64,000 nt of DNA from a virus: the IMG/VR virus record IMGVR_UViG_3300042868_005134, positions 303,636 to 367,635 of that record. One strand, 5' to 3'. A program made the translations under genes and the position numbers. Below the pieces are notes generated by a model. The model saw nothing but the letters and a program-made list of their open reading frames with translations. It did not search any database and was not told where the DNA came from. Shown in pieces: positions 40,810 to 50,100 of this stretch (position 1 is its first letter; each line of letters starts with the position of its first letter).

Positions 40810-41719
40810 GTTTTTCCTTTATTATACGATTATAATGCTCTAACTTTTCGATACCGAACTCATCTACAATCTTTTGTTCAACTGCGGACCATTCATATTG
40901 TCTTTGAAATTGATAAGCACATTTAATAAGTGAATGATCAAACTCTTCTGCGCTGTTAAATTTAGTGGAAATATTTTTATTATAAATTCCAATAGCCGAT
41001 ACAGAAGCTTTAGAATGGAATTCATCTGCTTGCTTAACTATATCGTAAATTAAGTCATAGTCTGCCTGAGTTAATTTATCAAAATATTCAATCTCATCAG
41101 TAAACGCTAAATCTTTTATTAATGAATCGTAGTTTTCATGAAATTTAAATTTTATCAAGTGACGTCTTGCGAAATCTGTGATGGTCTTATTATTCTCTTG
41201 AATAACGTCGTACATATATTCATCATTTTGATACCATTGATACGATGGAAATGTTATATCGAACCCACCATTATACATCCACCATTTGTAAGAGGCGGCG
41301 TCACCGTTATAAAACAACATAATACTAGCATCTGGAAAATTAGATACTAACCAATCTAGATTTTTATTATGGCAGAACCAATGCGATTTGATTATCTTTA
41401 CACCAGTGTCCCAATTTGAGAATGGCTTTTTAATTTCTGCCAAGAACTCTTCTTTAGTTAGCTTTGATAAGTCTTCAAAGTTTTCGCCGATTTCGTTGTA
41501 CGGTCCAAAGTATGCACCAAAGTGATGTACTGCCCTAGTAAAGTTTTGTTTTTTTACATTGGCGGCGTCGGAGTTATTTATTGCGGGGTGAAGTGATAAT
41601 AAAGATAACACTCTAGTCCATCTGGATCCAGGTGCCCCTGCCGCAAAAATTAAATCGTGTCCGTTACTCATATTATACTTCAAATGTATGTTTATTTTTG
41701 GCAGCAGATAAAAATTCAA
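40799..41719 (-). CDS. P-loop-like protein, possibly a sulfotransferase or kinase fold (paralogue B)
   Basis: It has 'AAGAPGSRWTRVL' near the N-terminus and a length of 306 aa. Confidence 0.4.
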   Translation of the reverse strand: MNFYLLPKINIHLKYNMSNGHDLIFAAGAPGSRWTRVLSLLSLHPAINNSDAANVKKQNFTRAVHHFGAYFGPYNEIGENFEDLSKLTKEEFLAEIKKPFSNWDTGVKIIKSHWFCHNKNLDWLVSNFPDASIMLFYNGDAASYKWWMYNGGFDITFPSYQWYQNDEYMYDVIQENNKTITDFARRHLIKFKFHENYDSLIKDLAFTDEIEYFDKLTQADYDLIYDIVKQADEFHSKASVSAIGIYNKNISTKFNSAEEFDHSLIKCAYQFQRQYEWSAVEQKIVDEFGIEKLEHYNRIIKEKHEN

Positions 41720-42341
41720 TTGTTTTTGTTGTCAGTGTGCCCGTTGTTAGTAAACTAACTCGCGGAGTCAATCCTGCGTTAGCGGAAGAGTGCGGAACAT
41801 TATGCCAGTCAAATGTATGAATGTCACCTGCTTTCCAACCTTGATATGTAAAGTTTCCGTACTGACTGAAATGTCCTTGATCCCAATCTGTTAATTGTAT
41901 CATGATTCTCATAATTTTACTAGGATCTTCAGGATTAAACTTTTCTAATTTATCTAGGTGTTTATTGAATACTTGCCCTGGCATTTGAACATGTATTCTG
42001 TCCATCCTATTAGCCAATCCAATAACGTCACACATCTTTTTAAATATGTCAGGTAGCTTGTAATCGAAATTGCTAATAATCAGTTCAGGATTAGCGCCTG
42101 CTACTTCTAAGTCATATTCTTCAGAAGCAAGTTCTTCTTCGGGGCGAGACGGCTTGTTAGGATCCCCGCGTGTTCTCCAAGATACTGGTTTAGATGTTTC
42201 TTTGACAACTTCTAACTCTTTACTCCAGTCTCCTGCAAATTTTCCTAACTCAATTATACAGTCCCACTTAGGGTCTATTACTGTGGTATCGAAATGATAT
42301 TGTGATTTAACTTTTAATTTTTCCCAGTTACTATTATTCAT
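41673..42341 (-). CDS. Cupin-like protein, possibly a 2OG/Fe oxygenase fold
   Basis: It contains 'WKAGDIHTFDWHNVPHSS', which resembles a cupin metal-binding motif. Confidence 0.35.
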   Translation of the reverse strand: MNNSNWEKLKVKSQYHFDTTVIDPKWDCIIELGKFAGDWSKELEVVKETSKPVSWRTRGDPNKPSRPEEELASEEYDLEVAGANPELIISNFDYKLPDIFKKMCDVIGLANRMDRIHVQMPGQVFNKHLDKLEKFNPEDPSKIMRIMIQLTDWDQGHFSQYGNFTYQGWKAGDIHTFDWHNVPHSSANAGLTPRVSLLTTGTLTTKTIEFLSAAKNKHTFEV

Positions 42342-42957
42342 CTTTATTTTCCCATATTGCGTATTGTTCGTATTTCTTAAGACTACGTGCTATTAAATTT
42401 TCATGTTTGACCGGATCAACCCATCCATGACAAAATAATATATATCGATCCTTTGGTATCCCTGTATTAGTATGTAATGTTGTTGTGTGTCCTAACACAT
42501 AGCAGTCGGTGTCCTCTGGCATAGTTGGACGAAGTATATCGTCTTTGACTCTTACTTCTAATTCGCCAGAACGCGATCCTTGTATCACAATCCTATATCC
42601 GCAAGGTTCGAATTGTTGATTGTGTGTGTATAATTCTGGATTACGATCTGGTGATCTAAAATCAATATGCCACGTAGATTCTTTAATAACATTATGCATT
42701 TTGATAGTTACCAGTTTTGTAAACGGAAGATACAAGTCCACATATTCTTTTAATTTTTGCTGACTATATGTTAGGTCGTTGCGCCAAGTCGCGTCTTTAT
42801 AATTATGATAATCTTCATTTGAGTCACACACTGTCAACCGCTGAGCAGCGAATGCCAACGCCGATGGCGGGATAAATTCACATTTAAAATCTTGGACTAT
42901 TTCTTTACAATATTCAAACTTAGGAATATCTATAGGTAGCCAGTGTAGTCTTTTCAA
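42334..42957 (-). CDS. Hypothetical protein (207 aa)
   Basis: ORF only. Confidence 0.45.
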   Translation of the reverse strand: MKRLHWLPIDIPKFEYCKEIVQDFKCEFIPPSALAFAAQRLTVCDSNEDYHNYKDATWRNDLTYSQQKLKEYVDLYLPFTKLVTIKMHNVIKESTWHIDFRSPDRNPELYTHNQQFEPCGYRIVIQGSRSGELEVRVKDDILRPTMPEDTDCYVLGHTTTLHTNTGIPKDRYILFCHGWVDPVKHENLIARSLKKYEQYAIWENKDE

Positions 42958-43574
42958 AATTTATATCCTATTAACATGAATCGTTTATATTGATCTAAGT
43001 CTAATGTACCTGCGTATAAAATATCCAGCGGATACTTTGTTTTCATTTCTTCTACATTGTCGCATAAATTAGCGTGATCTTCCGCTGGCATATTTGTACT
43101 GTGTAATATAACTAACGAACCAGTTCCTATACCGTCGAACCACGTATTATTTATAATATGCTCAGAACTAGGGTTAATTATCAACTCGTAATCGTTAAGA
43201 TTTATGTCATTGACATCTGCGGTAACATGTTTAAATTGTTTATTAAATCTATTTAAATGTTTAGCAAACACTGTTAATCTACCATCAGGATCTACTTCTG
43301 TTATATTGGTGAATCCTAACTTCCATAAGCAGAAAGAAGTAAATCCAAACCAGGATCCTATAACTAATACGGGTACAGTTTTGTCTAGGCAATAATTTTT
43401 TAACTCATCTAGCAACCACGTTTTCCCCTGCATTTGTTTTATTCTAAATGCGTCTCGCATTTCTGTTAACGATGTTGAAGAAAATGCGTCTGGGTTATAA
43501 AGAGAATTCATAACTTCGGGAATATACGAAGCAACTAACGAGTAGTCTAAATCTGATCCTTTTAAATTATTCAT
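42954..43574 (-). CDS. Possible Rossmann-fold methyltransferase-like protein
   Basis: It has 'VLVIGSWFGFTSF', a motif-I-like element. The match is weak. Confidence 0.35.
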   Translation of the reverse strand: MNNLKGSDLDYSLVASYIPEVMNSLYNPDAFSSTSLTEMRDAFRIKQMQGKTWLLDELKNYCLDKTVPVLVIGSWFGFTSFCLWKLGFTNITEVDPDGRLTVFAKHLNRFNKQFKHVTADVNDINLNDYELIINPSSEHIINNTWFDGIGTGSLVILHSTNMPAEDHANLCDNVEEMKTKYPLDILYAGTLDLDQYKRFMLIGYKF

Positions 43575-44259
43575 GTTGTCTAGAATTAAAATGAGTAATT
43601 AGCCATTTATAATCATTTATTTTATACAATAAATCTAAATCGTCATTACACAAGTTTACATACTGTTCTGCATCAAGGTAACCTCTATAGCACCATATCG
43701 CATTGTTTGTGCCGTTATCTAAATGTTGGTATGATTTCCATATGTCTAAATATTTTTCAACGTTTACTGCTAATGGACGATCTCTAAAGATCTTAGATAA
43801 TAACTTAACGCAATGCCTAAAAGAAGTTTTCCAAGCATCGTATGGTATAGTGTTATATCTAGTAATTGATAAAACTTTATCCGGACTAATTTTTGCAGCA
43901 GTTGCAGCAACAGAAAAATCTCCCTGGCTCATGTCAGTATTAACAAAACAATCTTTTCGCCATAGTTTAACTCCGCCATTTTTTACACGTATATCGAGTA
44001 CCGGATCCAGAGCGTAGAACCATAATAAATCTCTCGCAGGATCTGGCTCCCAATCTAAGGTTTCAGTTAGCCAGTTATCTCCGTCAATAGTCCAGAAATG
44101 TTCAGTCGTTGATAACGCATTACATGCCATATGTGCTTTATCAATTCCCAAGATACCATGTATTCTTTTTGCGGCTGGATGAAGTTCAAGTACACGTAAC
44201 CAATTTTCTTCTTGATTGGCTTCATTAAATGTAATATGAAAAATATCAAACGTAGTCAT
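43567..44259 (-). CDS. Hypothetical protein (230 aa)
   Basis: ORF only. Confidence 0.45.
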   Translation of the reverse strand: MTTFDIFHITFNEANQEENWLRVLELHPAAKRIHGILGIDKAHMACNALSTTEHFWTIDGDNWLTETLDWEPDPARDLLWFYALDPVLDIRVKNGGVKLWRKDCFVNTDMSQGDFSVAATAAKISPDKVLSITRYNTIPYDAWKTSFRHCVKLLSKIFRDRPLAVNVEKYLDIWKSYQHLDNGTNNAIWCYRGYLDAEQYVNLCNDDLDLLYKINDYKWLITHFNSRQHE

Positions 44260-44843
44260 TCATCGTCCTTTAAGTCAGCAACCAACCAACCGATTTTAAA
44301 TAAGTCATCGGTTATCTCGTCAGTAACTACACTTTCAGGAACATAGGCAGCAACTTTCTTACGAATTATTTCTTGTTCTATAGTTAGTTCTTGTCCGTCA
44401 TCTTGATCATCTAGGTACCCGTCATTGCGTATACCGCTACAGTACCAATCAATATAATCACCTTCTTCTCTCATATCGGCAATTATGCCACCGGCATGTC
44501 TCCAACTACAACTCCATCGTTCGTCTTTCAAAATAGGCCACATCTCGCGTTTAGTGAATTCATTATTACACATGGCAGCATATAGATGTTGGGCATATAC
44601 TTGATCTCCTCGAACTTTTTCTAACATCCATTCACAAGTTCTTAAATCGTACTCCATATTATGTTTTTGCCATGCTGGATTATCTTCCTGTTCCTCGGCT
44701 TGCTCTGTCCAGCTATTGTAAAATTTAATCATGCTTACTACATCTGGATCTTGGAGACTTGTGCCTTTTTGTTCTATTCGAGCAATATAATTATTACGTT
44801 GAAAAGTGAATCGCTCACTGCTTTTAGATATTTTTTTTGACAT
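44256..44843 (-). CDS. Hypothetical acidic protein (195 aa)
   Basis: ORF only. Confidence 0.45.
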   Translation of the reverse strand: MSKKISKSSERFTFQRNNYIARIEQKGTSLQDPDVVSMIKFYNSWTEQAEEQEDNPAWQKHNMEYDLRTCEWMLEKVRGDQVYAQHLYAAMCNNEFTKREMWPILKDERWSCSWRHAGGIIADMREEGDYIDWYCSGIRNDGYLDDQDDGQELTIEQEIIRKKVAAYVPESVVTDEITDDLFKIGWLVADLKDDE

Positions 44844-44906
44844 ATACTATTATATAGCATACATAAATTTTAGTCAAAAAAATAGGCACCAAAGTGCCTA
44901 TTTTAA

Positions 44907-45674
44907 TTATTGTTCTAGGAAAGATACTACTGCTCGCCTGGCTTCTGCTGAAGATACAGTTCCGTGTCCTTGTCCGTTTAATAGAACTAATTTACCATTT
45001 GTCCTGTCACCCCACTGTGAATCGCATTGAAAGCCTCCGTTAGCAAAATACGGATCGTTACCCCAAGATATAGCTATGATTGGTGTATTAGCACTAGCCA
45101 TCACACCTAAGCTACATACAAATCCAGACACAATGACGCCTTTAAATCCCATATCGGGAGTGCGTGTCGCGGCCATAGCACCTTCGCTATGTCCCATTAA
45201 AAAAATACGTTTTTTGTCTGCCCATTTCATAGTTTGAAGTTGAGACATGGCATACGCTACTTCTGCTGGCCTAAGCCTGTTAACAGGTACTAATCTTAAA
45301 TTGTTAATTCTCTCTGTGGTAGAGCAGTTAACAACTCGATTAGGTATTGCGAAAGAATCAGGTAACACTACAATATATCCATTATCTTTCAGCAAACGAG
45401 CCCACTGTGTTTCCTCTTGTGTAATGCCTGTACACCCGTGCATCAAGACAACAACAGGCAGTGGACTGGTTACTTCCACAGTACTAATTTGTTTGGTAAA
45501 GAAATTTCCAGGAACATGTACTTCGGCCTTTTCCCAGGATTTACTAATGTCGTAGGCTTCTAACGGCAATGCGTTAACAGAACTAGCTAATAAGAATAAC
45601 AATGTAGCAATAATTTTAGACATACCAAATTTCCTTAAATCCTTCTTCTTCTGTTGGATCTTCCCAGCTAGCAA
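44907..45674 (-). CDS. Secreted alpha/beta-hydrolase (esterase / dienelactone-hydrolase-like)
   Basis: It has a signal peptide (MSKIIATLLFLLASSVNALP), a 'GHSEGA' nucleophile elbow, and 'VVLMHGCTG'. Confidence 0.6.
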   Translation of the reverse strand: MLAGKIQQKKKDLRKFGMSKIIATLLFLLASSVNALPLEAYDISKSWEKAEVHVPGNFFTKQISTVEVTSPLPVVVLMHGCTGITQEETQWARLLKDNGYIVVLPDSFAIPNRVVNCSTTERINNLRLVPVNRLRPAEVAYAMSQLQTMKWADKKRIFLMGHSEGAMAATRTPDMGFKGVIVSGFVCSLGVMASANTPIIAISWGNDPYFANGGFQCDSQWGDRTNGKLVLLNGQGHGTVSSAEARRAVVSFLEQ

Positions 45675-46077
45675 TCATGCTGGCAATAACATGATCCGGA
45701 ATCTCTTTGCCAGGGCGGCCCATCAATCGTCGCATTAGTTCCGTATGCTCAGGTGTCTTAAACACCACGGCAATATGCTCATAGTCTGTTAACATGTTAA
45801 ACTTGCGAGCACGACTTTTAACGGTAGTGCTTGTTTGATCCCAAATGATGTCGCGATTCATTTCACGAGCCACAACAACTTCTTTTGCCATAAGGTCTAC
45901 GGCAGTGGGCATAAAGTCTACAAACACTTCACTGTAGGTGCGTCCTACTTCCTTTGCGTAGATTTCAACCCATTTGTCTGTACTAATATGGGCACAGGTT
46001 AACGCCCAGTCTTGTTCAGCTACCCAGGTAGATTTTCCGCTACCTGGGACTCCAATTAGTTGATAACACTTTGGCAT
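45616..46077 (-). CDS. P-loop kinase (polynucleotide-kinase / AAA_33-like)
   Basis: The N-terminus 'YQLIGVPGSGKSTWVAEQ' resembles the N-terminus of the T4 polynucleotide kinase (Pnk) kinase domain. Confidence 0.55.
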   Translation of the reverse strand: MPKCYQLIGVPGSGKSTWVAEQDWALTCAHISTDKWVEIYAKEVGRTYSEVFVDFMPTAVDLMAKEVVVAREMNRDIIWDQTSTTVKSRARKFNMLTDYEHIAVVFKTPEHTELMRRLMGRPGKEIPDHVIASMIASWEDPTEEEGFKEIWYV

Positions 46078-46085
46078 AATACTCC

Positions 46086-46688
46086 TTACATTGTTGGGCC
46101 GTTGCCGTTTTTAAAACCTACACTGCCACCTTCGGCTTCGATACGAGCAATAACATCTTCGAACAAGATAGGTTCAAAGTCAGTTTGCTCCACGCAAACA
46201 CAATGATAACGAACATCGTTCTCATCGCTGTATAAAACTTCGCCAGTTCTAGCATCAACACCGCGAGCCTTCTTCACACGGTTGGCGTGAGTGTGTCCGT
46301 GAATGTTAACTCCAAAACGACCCATGCTATCACTATGTAACGGGATATGGCTCAAGATCATTCCGTTCATAACATGATATGCTCGTAATTCACGGAAGTA
46401 AGTCCTATACTCGTCATCACGGAAGATGTCGTGGTTACCGCGGATTAAGACCTTGTCACCGTTTAAGCGACCTAATGTCTTTAATGCCTTACGGTTAATG
46501 ACCGCATCACCTAAGTGATAAACTTTATCAGTTGGCTTAACTTTGGCGTTCCATTTAGCAACCATGGCTTCGTCCATTTCCTCTGGACTGTCCCATGGCC
46601 TTAACTTGGTAACACCGTCGTTACGTGTGAAGCGACATACACCCATGTGACCAAAGTGTGTGTCGCTTACTAAAAATACACTAGGCAT
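46086..46688 (-). CDS. Calcineurin-like metallophosphoesterase (lambda-phosphatase / Pnkp-phosphatase-like)
   Basis: It contains the motifs 'VSDTHFGH', 'LGDAV', 'RGNHD' and 'HGHTH'. Confidence 0.65.
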   Translation of the reverse strand: MPSVFLVSDTHFGHMGVCRFTRNDGVTKLRPWDSPEEMDEAMVAKWNAKVKPTDKVYHLGDAVINRKALKTLGRLNGDKVLIRGNHDIFRDDEYRTYFRELRAYHVMNGMILSHIPLHSDSMGRFGVNIHGHTHANRVKKARGVDARTGEVLYSDENDVRYHCVCVEQTDFEPILFEDVIARIEAEGGSVGFKNGNGPTM

Positions 46689-46703
46689 ATTGCCCTCCTT
46701 TCT

Positions 46704-46874
46704 TTAATAAATTTCTTTTACAATTTTAAATTCTGTTCCTGGATACTTTGCTTTGAATTCGTCAGTTTTAACATAGTCGTTAAACTCTTTTGCGTTAAAA
46801 AACACTCGATGAAAAACTGATTTGTGATCCAGAGTAGTTACTGTGAGGTAAACTGATTTTGCTTTGCCAGCCAT
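46704..46874 (-). CDS. Small hypothetical protein (56 aa). It lies below the ORF-track size cutoff.
   Basis: The reading frame starts MAGKAKSVYLTV. The intergenic region is otherwise unexplained. The following gene has a strong RBS (AAAGGAGGG). Confidence 0.35.
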   Translation of the reverse strand: MAGKAKSVYLTVTTLDHKSVFHRVFFNAKEFNDYVKTDEFKAKYPGTEFKIVKEIY

Positions 46875-46886
46875 TAAAGTGTCCTT

Positions 46887-47288
46887 TTATTCAATTGCTT
46901 TTCTAAAAACTATCTCTTGTCGGGCAAAAGCATCTTGTTCCCAAGGCTGATCCAGATATTTTGTTCGTTTAGTGTAGCGTTTGCCGCACCAATAATTTAC
47001 ACCATTCTTTACTTTAAGAATGCCTTTGGCAAATTGGCGTACATGGACCATCTCGTGTGCCAGCGTAACTCCGATAGACTTGATAGACATAGTGGGTTTA
47101 ATAACTATTACATAGCTATCCAAAATGTCCACAGGAACAGTATAACCCATTCCTTCACAATCTTGTTCTAATCGAATAACCAGCGACTTCCTAGTGTTGG
47201 TTAAGCCCAATTGCTCAACTATCGAAGGAAGAATAGCTTCGATAAACTTTTTCTTCGTTCGACTACGTGCTTCTACAAGATAATCCAT
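46887..47288 (-). CDS. HExxH zinc-metallopeptidase-like protein (paralogue 3 of 3)
   Basis: It has 'LAHEMVHVRQF' and an 'EQDAFARQEIVF' element downstream. Confidence 0.55.
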   Translation of the reverse strand: MDYLVEARSRTKKKFIEAILPSIVEQLGLTNTRKSLVIRLEQDCEGMGYTVPVDILDSYVIVIKPTMSIKSIGVTLAHEMVHVRQFAKGILKVKNGVNYWCGKRYTKRTKYLDQPWEQDAFARQEIVFRKAIE

Positions 47289-47334
47289 GCTCGCTCCTTG
47301 TTAGTGTAAATGTATTATAACACAGAACTCGCGG

Positions 47335-47802
47335 TCAGTCAACCGATCTAAAAGTTCTCCAGTCGTCTAAATTAGGCTTTTCGTCCGAATCGTATGTCCA
47401 GCCGAGGGCTTTCATCATACGATGCTTGACCAAAAGATTTGGACTACGGAATCGACCCGTATCTTCAAAACCCAACATGACTCCAAGCTCACAAACCGCA
47501 CCCGATCTGCAAACGCCGGCGTAGCAATGAACTACAACGTTCATACGGTTAGCCAAAGCGTGTTGTAGCAGTCGAACAAGTTCAGCGGCCTGCTCATGAC
47601 TACACCGCATGGCTTCGTCTAATGCAAAGTCCTTTTCTTCTATGTCTAAAAATTCAAAGTTATGTTGTTCTTTGAACTTGTGTGCGGGTACGGGGCGCCA
47701 GCTGGCTGGATCAACAATGCTGATCAGCATACTGTTCTCTCCGGCTTCGTGATGGAACCTTGTGGGTATATCAGCAGCCGCTACGTTTTCAATCCATGGC
47801 AT
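47335..47802 (-). CDS. Dual-specificity / protein-tyrosine phosphatase
   Basis: It has the active-site loop 'VVHCYAGVCRSG' (HCxxGxxRS). Confidence 0.75.
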   Translation of the reverse strand: MPWIENVAAADIPTRFHHEAGENSMLISIVDPASWRPVPAHKFKEQHNFEFLDIEEKDFALDEAMRCSHEQAAELVRLLQHALANRMNVVVHCYAGVCRSGAVCELGVMLGFEDTGRFRSPNLLVKHRMMKALGWTYDSDEKPNLDDWRTFRSVD

Positions 47803-47811
47803 ATATGCCTC

Positions 47812-48018
47812 CTAAGTTTCTATGTCGATGTGTCGACCTTTGTCTAAATCTAGACGAAGATTCCTTGCCACTCGTTCTGCTATTATTTGATCAAGTCTGC
47901 GCTGTTCAATCTGCTTGCTGTAATCTTGTTCTCGTTGTTTTTCCAATCGAGACTGATCCAGACGATACTGTTCTTGATTATATTTTATAACACTTTGTTC
48001 TGCTCTTGATATTTCCAT
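47812..48018 (-). CDS. Small coiled-coil protein (68 aa)
   Basis: It has a charged heptad pattern (QEQYRLDQSRLEKQREQ). Confidence 0.4.
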   Translation of the reverse strand: MEISRAEQSVIKYNQEQYRLDQSRLEKQREQDYSKQIEQRRLDQIIAERVARNLRLDLDKGRHIDIET

Positions 48019-48290
48019 TACACTCGTTCCTTTTTAACACGGCCGATGCGACTCGCCTTGTTCCAATCATAAACAACACCATCTGGGCATAGTCCGTTTT
48101 TAACGCTGTCAACACCAAACATGCCCACAATTTCAAAATCTGGACCTGTGATAGAGACAAACTCATTCATTGCCTTGGCAGTGCTCATTGCTTCATCCAA
48201 TGTTGTTACATCGAATGTTACTACCGATCCTTTTACCTTATACATTTTTTGTTCTATCTTCAAAATTTTCATCATTACATAACGGATCAA
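48018..48290 (-). CDS. Hypothetical protein (90 aa)
   Basis: ORF only. Confidence 0.45.
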   Translation of the reverse strand: MIRYVMMKILKIEQKMYKVKGSVVTFDVTTLDEAMSTAKAMNEFVSITGPDFEIVGMFGVDSVKNGLCPDGVVYDWNKASRIGRVKKERV

Positions 48291-48723
48291 ATATCAACAT
48301 CATTGCGCCTTCCAAATATGTGCGATCAACTGCTTTTGAGCATTCAAAATATTCGATAGTCCATGATACAGGATCCCACCATTGTTCTTCTCGGGTCGCT
48401 TTCCAACCCTTACCGTGGCTAGTGCCTTCTTTCAGAATGGCATACGCCTTATTGTGGTGATGTTCAAAACGAGCACGGATGCCTGAACCACCACCGCCTT
48501 GTCCTACATAAATGCAAGTATCACCTTGCCAAATGCTGTACAGTCCATTACTTTTTGGTAACGATTTAAACTCGTTAAAAGAATGGGTTTGGATAGCTGG
48601 GCTAATGCCGCAACGCTGAAAGTCGGGTTGTAGTTTTGCTAATTTCATATCATTATTATAACAGCATCTGACTATCTTGTCAATAGCCAAATGTGTTGTA
48701 TATTTACAACATTTATGACCCAT
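48238..48723 (-). CDS. GIY-YIG-like domain protein
   Basis: It contains 'GLYSIWQGDTCIYVGQGG', which resembles GIY-(x10)-YIG. Confidence 0.4.
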   Translation of the reverse strand: MGHKCCKYTTHLAIDKIVRCCYNNDMKLAKLQPDFQRCGISPAIQTHSFNEFKSLPKSNGLYSIWQGDTCIYVGQGGGGSGIRARFEHHHNKAYAILKEGTSHGKGWKATREEQWWDPVSWTIEYFECSKAVDRTYLEGAMMLIFDPLCNDENFEDRTKNV

Positions 48724-48866
48724 TTAAATGCCCTACAAGCGTCGATAACGGTTCTAAGCAGGTCAACATTGCCCTAGCTGTTTTAAACTCAGTGTAGGGC
48801 TGTATTTTGGGTAACAACAGCCAAAAAAATAGCACCCGAAGGTGCTATTCAAAACTAAGTTTTTGC

Positions 48867-49967
48867 TTAAAAAGCATCGTAGTAGTGGAAGTTCTTTTCT
48901 TTCACTTTGGTAAGTGTAAGAGCATGACCATCCTTGTTCATGAAGATAAACATGCCACTTTGTGGATCAATCTTTTGGATTTCAGCTGGCGTAAAACTAG
49001 CTTCTTCCCAGTTCCAATCTGCATCTTCCTTGTCGTCGTCTTTGTCAGTCCAGGGTAGGCCTGCGTTAGACACTTTGAACGACAAGTGGATCTTGCTTTG
49101 GAGTGGATTACCTTTCCATTCGCGAGACTCCAGATGCTTTTGTTCAACAGGAATACCTTTGAAGCTCAGTTGAGTTGAATACTTGTTGCCGTCATCAAAT
49201 TCTGGTTTGGCATTCAACATCTTCAATGCTTCTTCAGGAGATTCATTGTAGCGATTCATTTCTTCAACTAATGCTTTCAGCATGTCAAAGTTGAACTGGT
49301 TAAACAACATGGCAATTGAGCAAATCTTAGCAATGTGTTCCTTGGCATTCAAGTTGTCCTCACAGTACTCGATGATAAAGTCCTGTGTCAAGCCTGTGTA
49401 GTCCAGCATGTAGTAGATACGACCTGGACGATTACGCATGTGGCTATCCACACGCCACTTGTCGTTACAGGTAATCACAAACATTTTCTTGCTGGGGAAT
49501 ACACCGTCCAACAAAGTCAGCATGGCTTCTTGCTCTTGTGCGTCGTAGACTTTTTCAAACTCGTCAAACAACACAACACATGGTTGCTCGATAGCCTGAA
49601 TCAAGGCATTGAACTTATCACCGGTCCACGCATTGTTAATAACAATGGTAGGATGGCCTTGATTGGCTGCATGAATTGACAAGGCTTTTGCCAGCAAACT
49701 TTTGCCGCTACCTTTCTCACCAGTAAGCATTACGCCAGTGCTGGCACTACGATCCATGAATGTATTAAAAATACGATTTGTATTTTTGTCTAAGTCGCCG
49801 TACCGCTTGCCTTTGATCTCAAACGAATCAATTTGTTCAAGATACAACTCACCACTCATTGGATTTTCTTTAATGGTAAAATTAGCCGCTGGTAGTGCCT
49901 CGTGTAGGTCCATGGCTTCTTTTGATGTTACACGAAACGAGATTCCTGATTTTAAAAAATATGACAT
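48867..49967 (-). CDS. AAA+ family ATPase
   Basis: It has a Walker A motif (GEKGSGKS), a Walker B motif (VVLFDEFE), and a sensor-2-like 'NRPGRI'. Confidence 0.75.
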   Translation of the reverse strand: MSYFLKSGISFRVTSKEAMDLHEALPAANFTIKENPMSGELYLEQIDSFEIKGKRYGDLDKNTNRIFNTFMDRSASTGVMLTGEKGSGKSLLAKALSIHAANQGHPTIVINNAWTGDKFNALIQAIEQPCVVLFDEFEKVYDAQEQEAMLTLLDGVFPSKKMFVITCNDKWRVDSHMRNRPGRIYYMLDYTGLTQDFIIEYCEDNLNAKEHIAKICSIAMLFNQFNFDMLKALVEEMNRYNESPEEALKMLNAKPEFDDGNKYSTQLSFKGIPVEQKHLESREWKGNPLQSKIHLSFKVSNAGLPWTDKDDDKEDADWNWEEASFTPAEIQKIDPQSGMFIFMNKDGHALTLTKVKEKNFHYYDAF

Positions 49968-50100
49968 GTTAGTCTTTTGATGTAGTGTAGTACAATTACT
50001 ATAGGTTAATTATAACATCTAAAATGTTTCTAGTTGCCTACTTTGACAGAATTAATATAAAAAAAATAGCACCCGAAGGTGCTATTTAAAAACAATGTTT

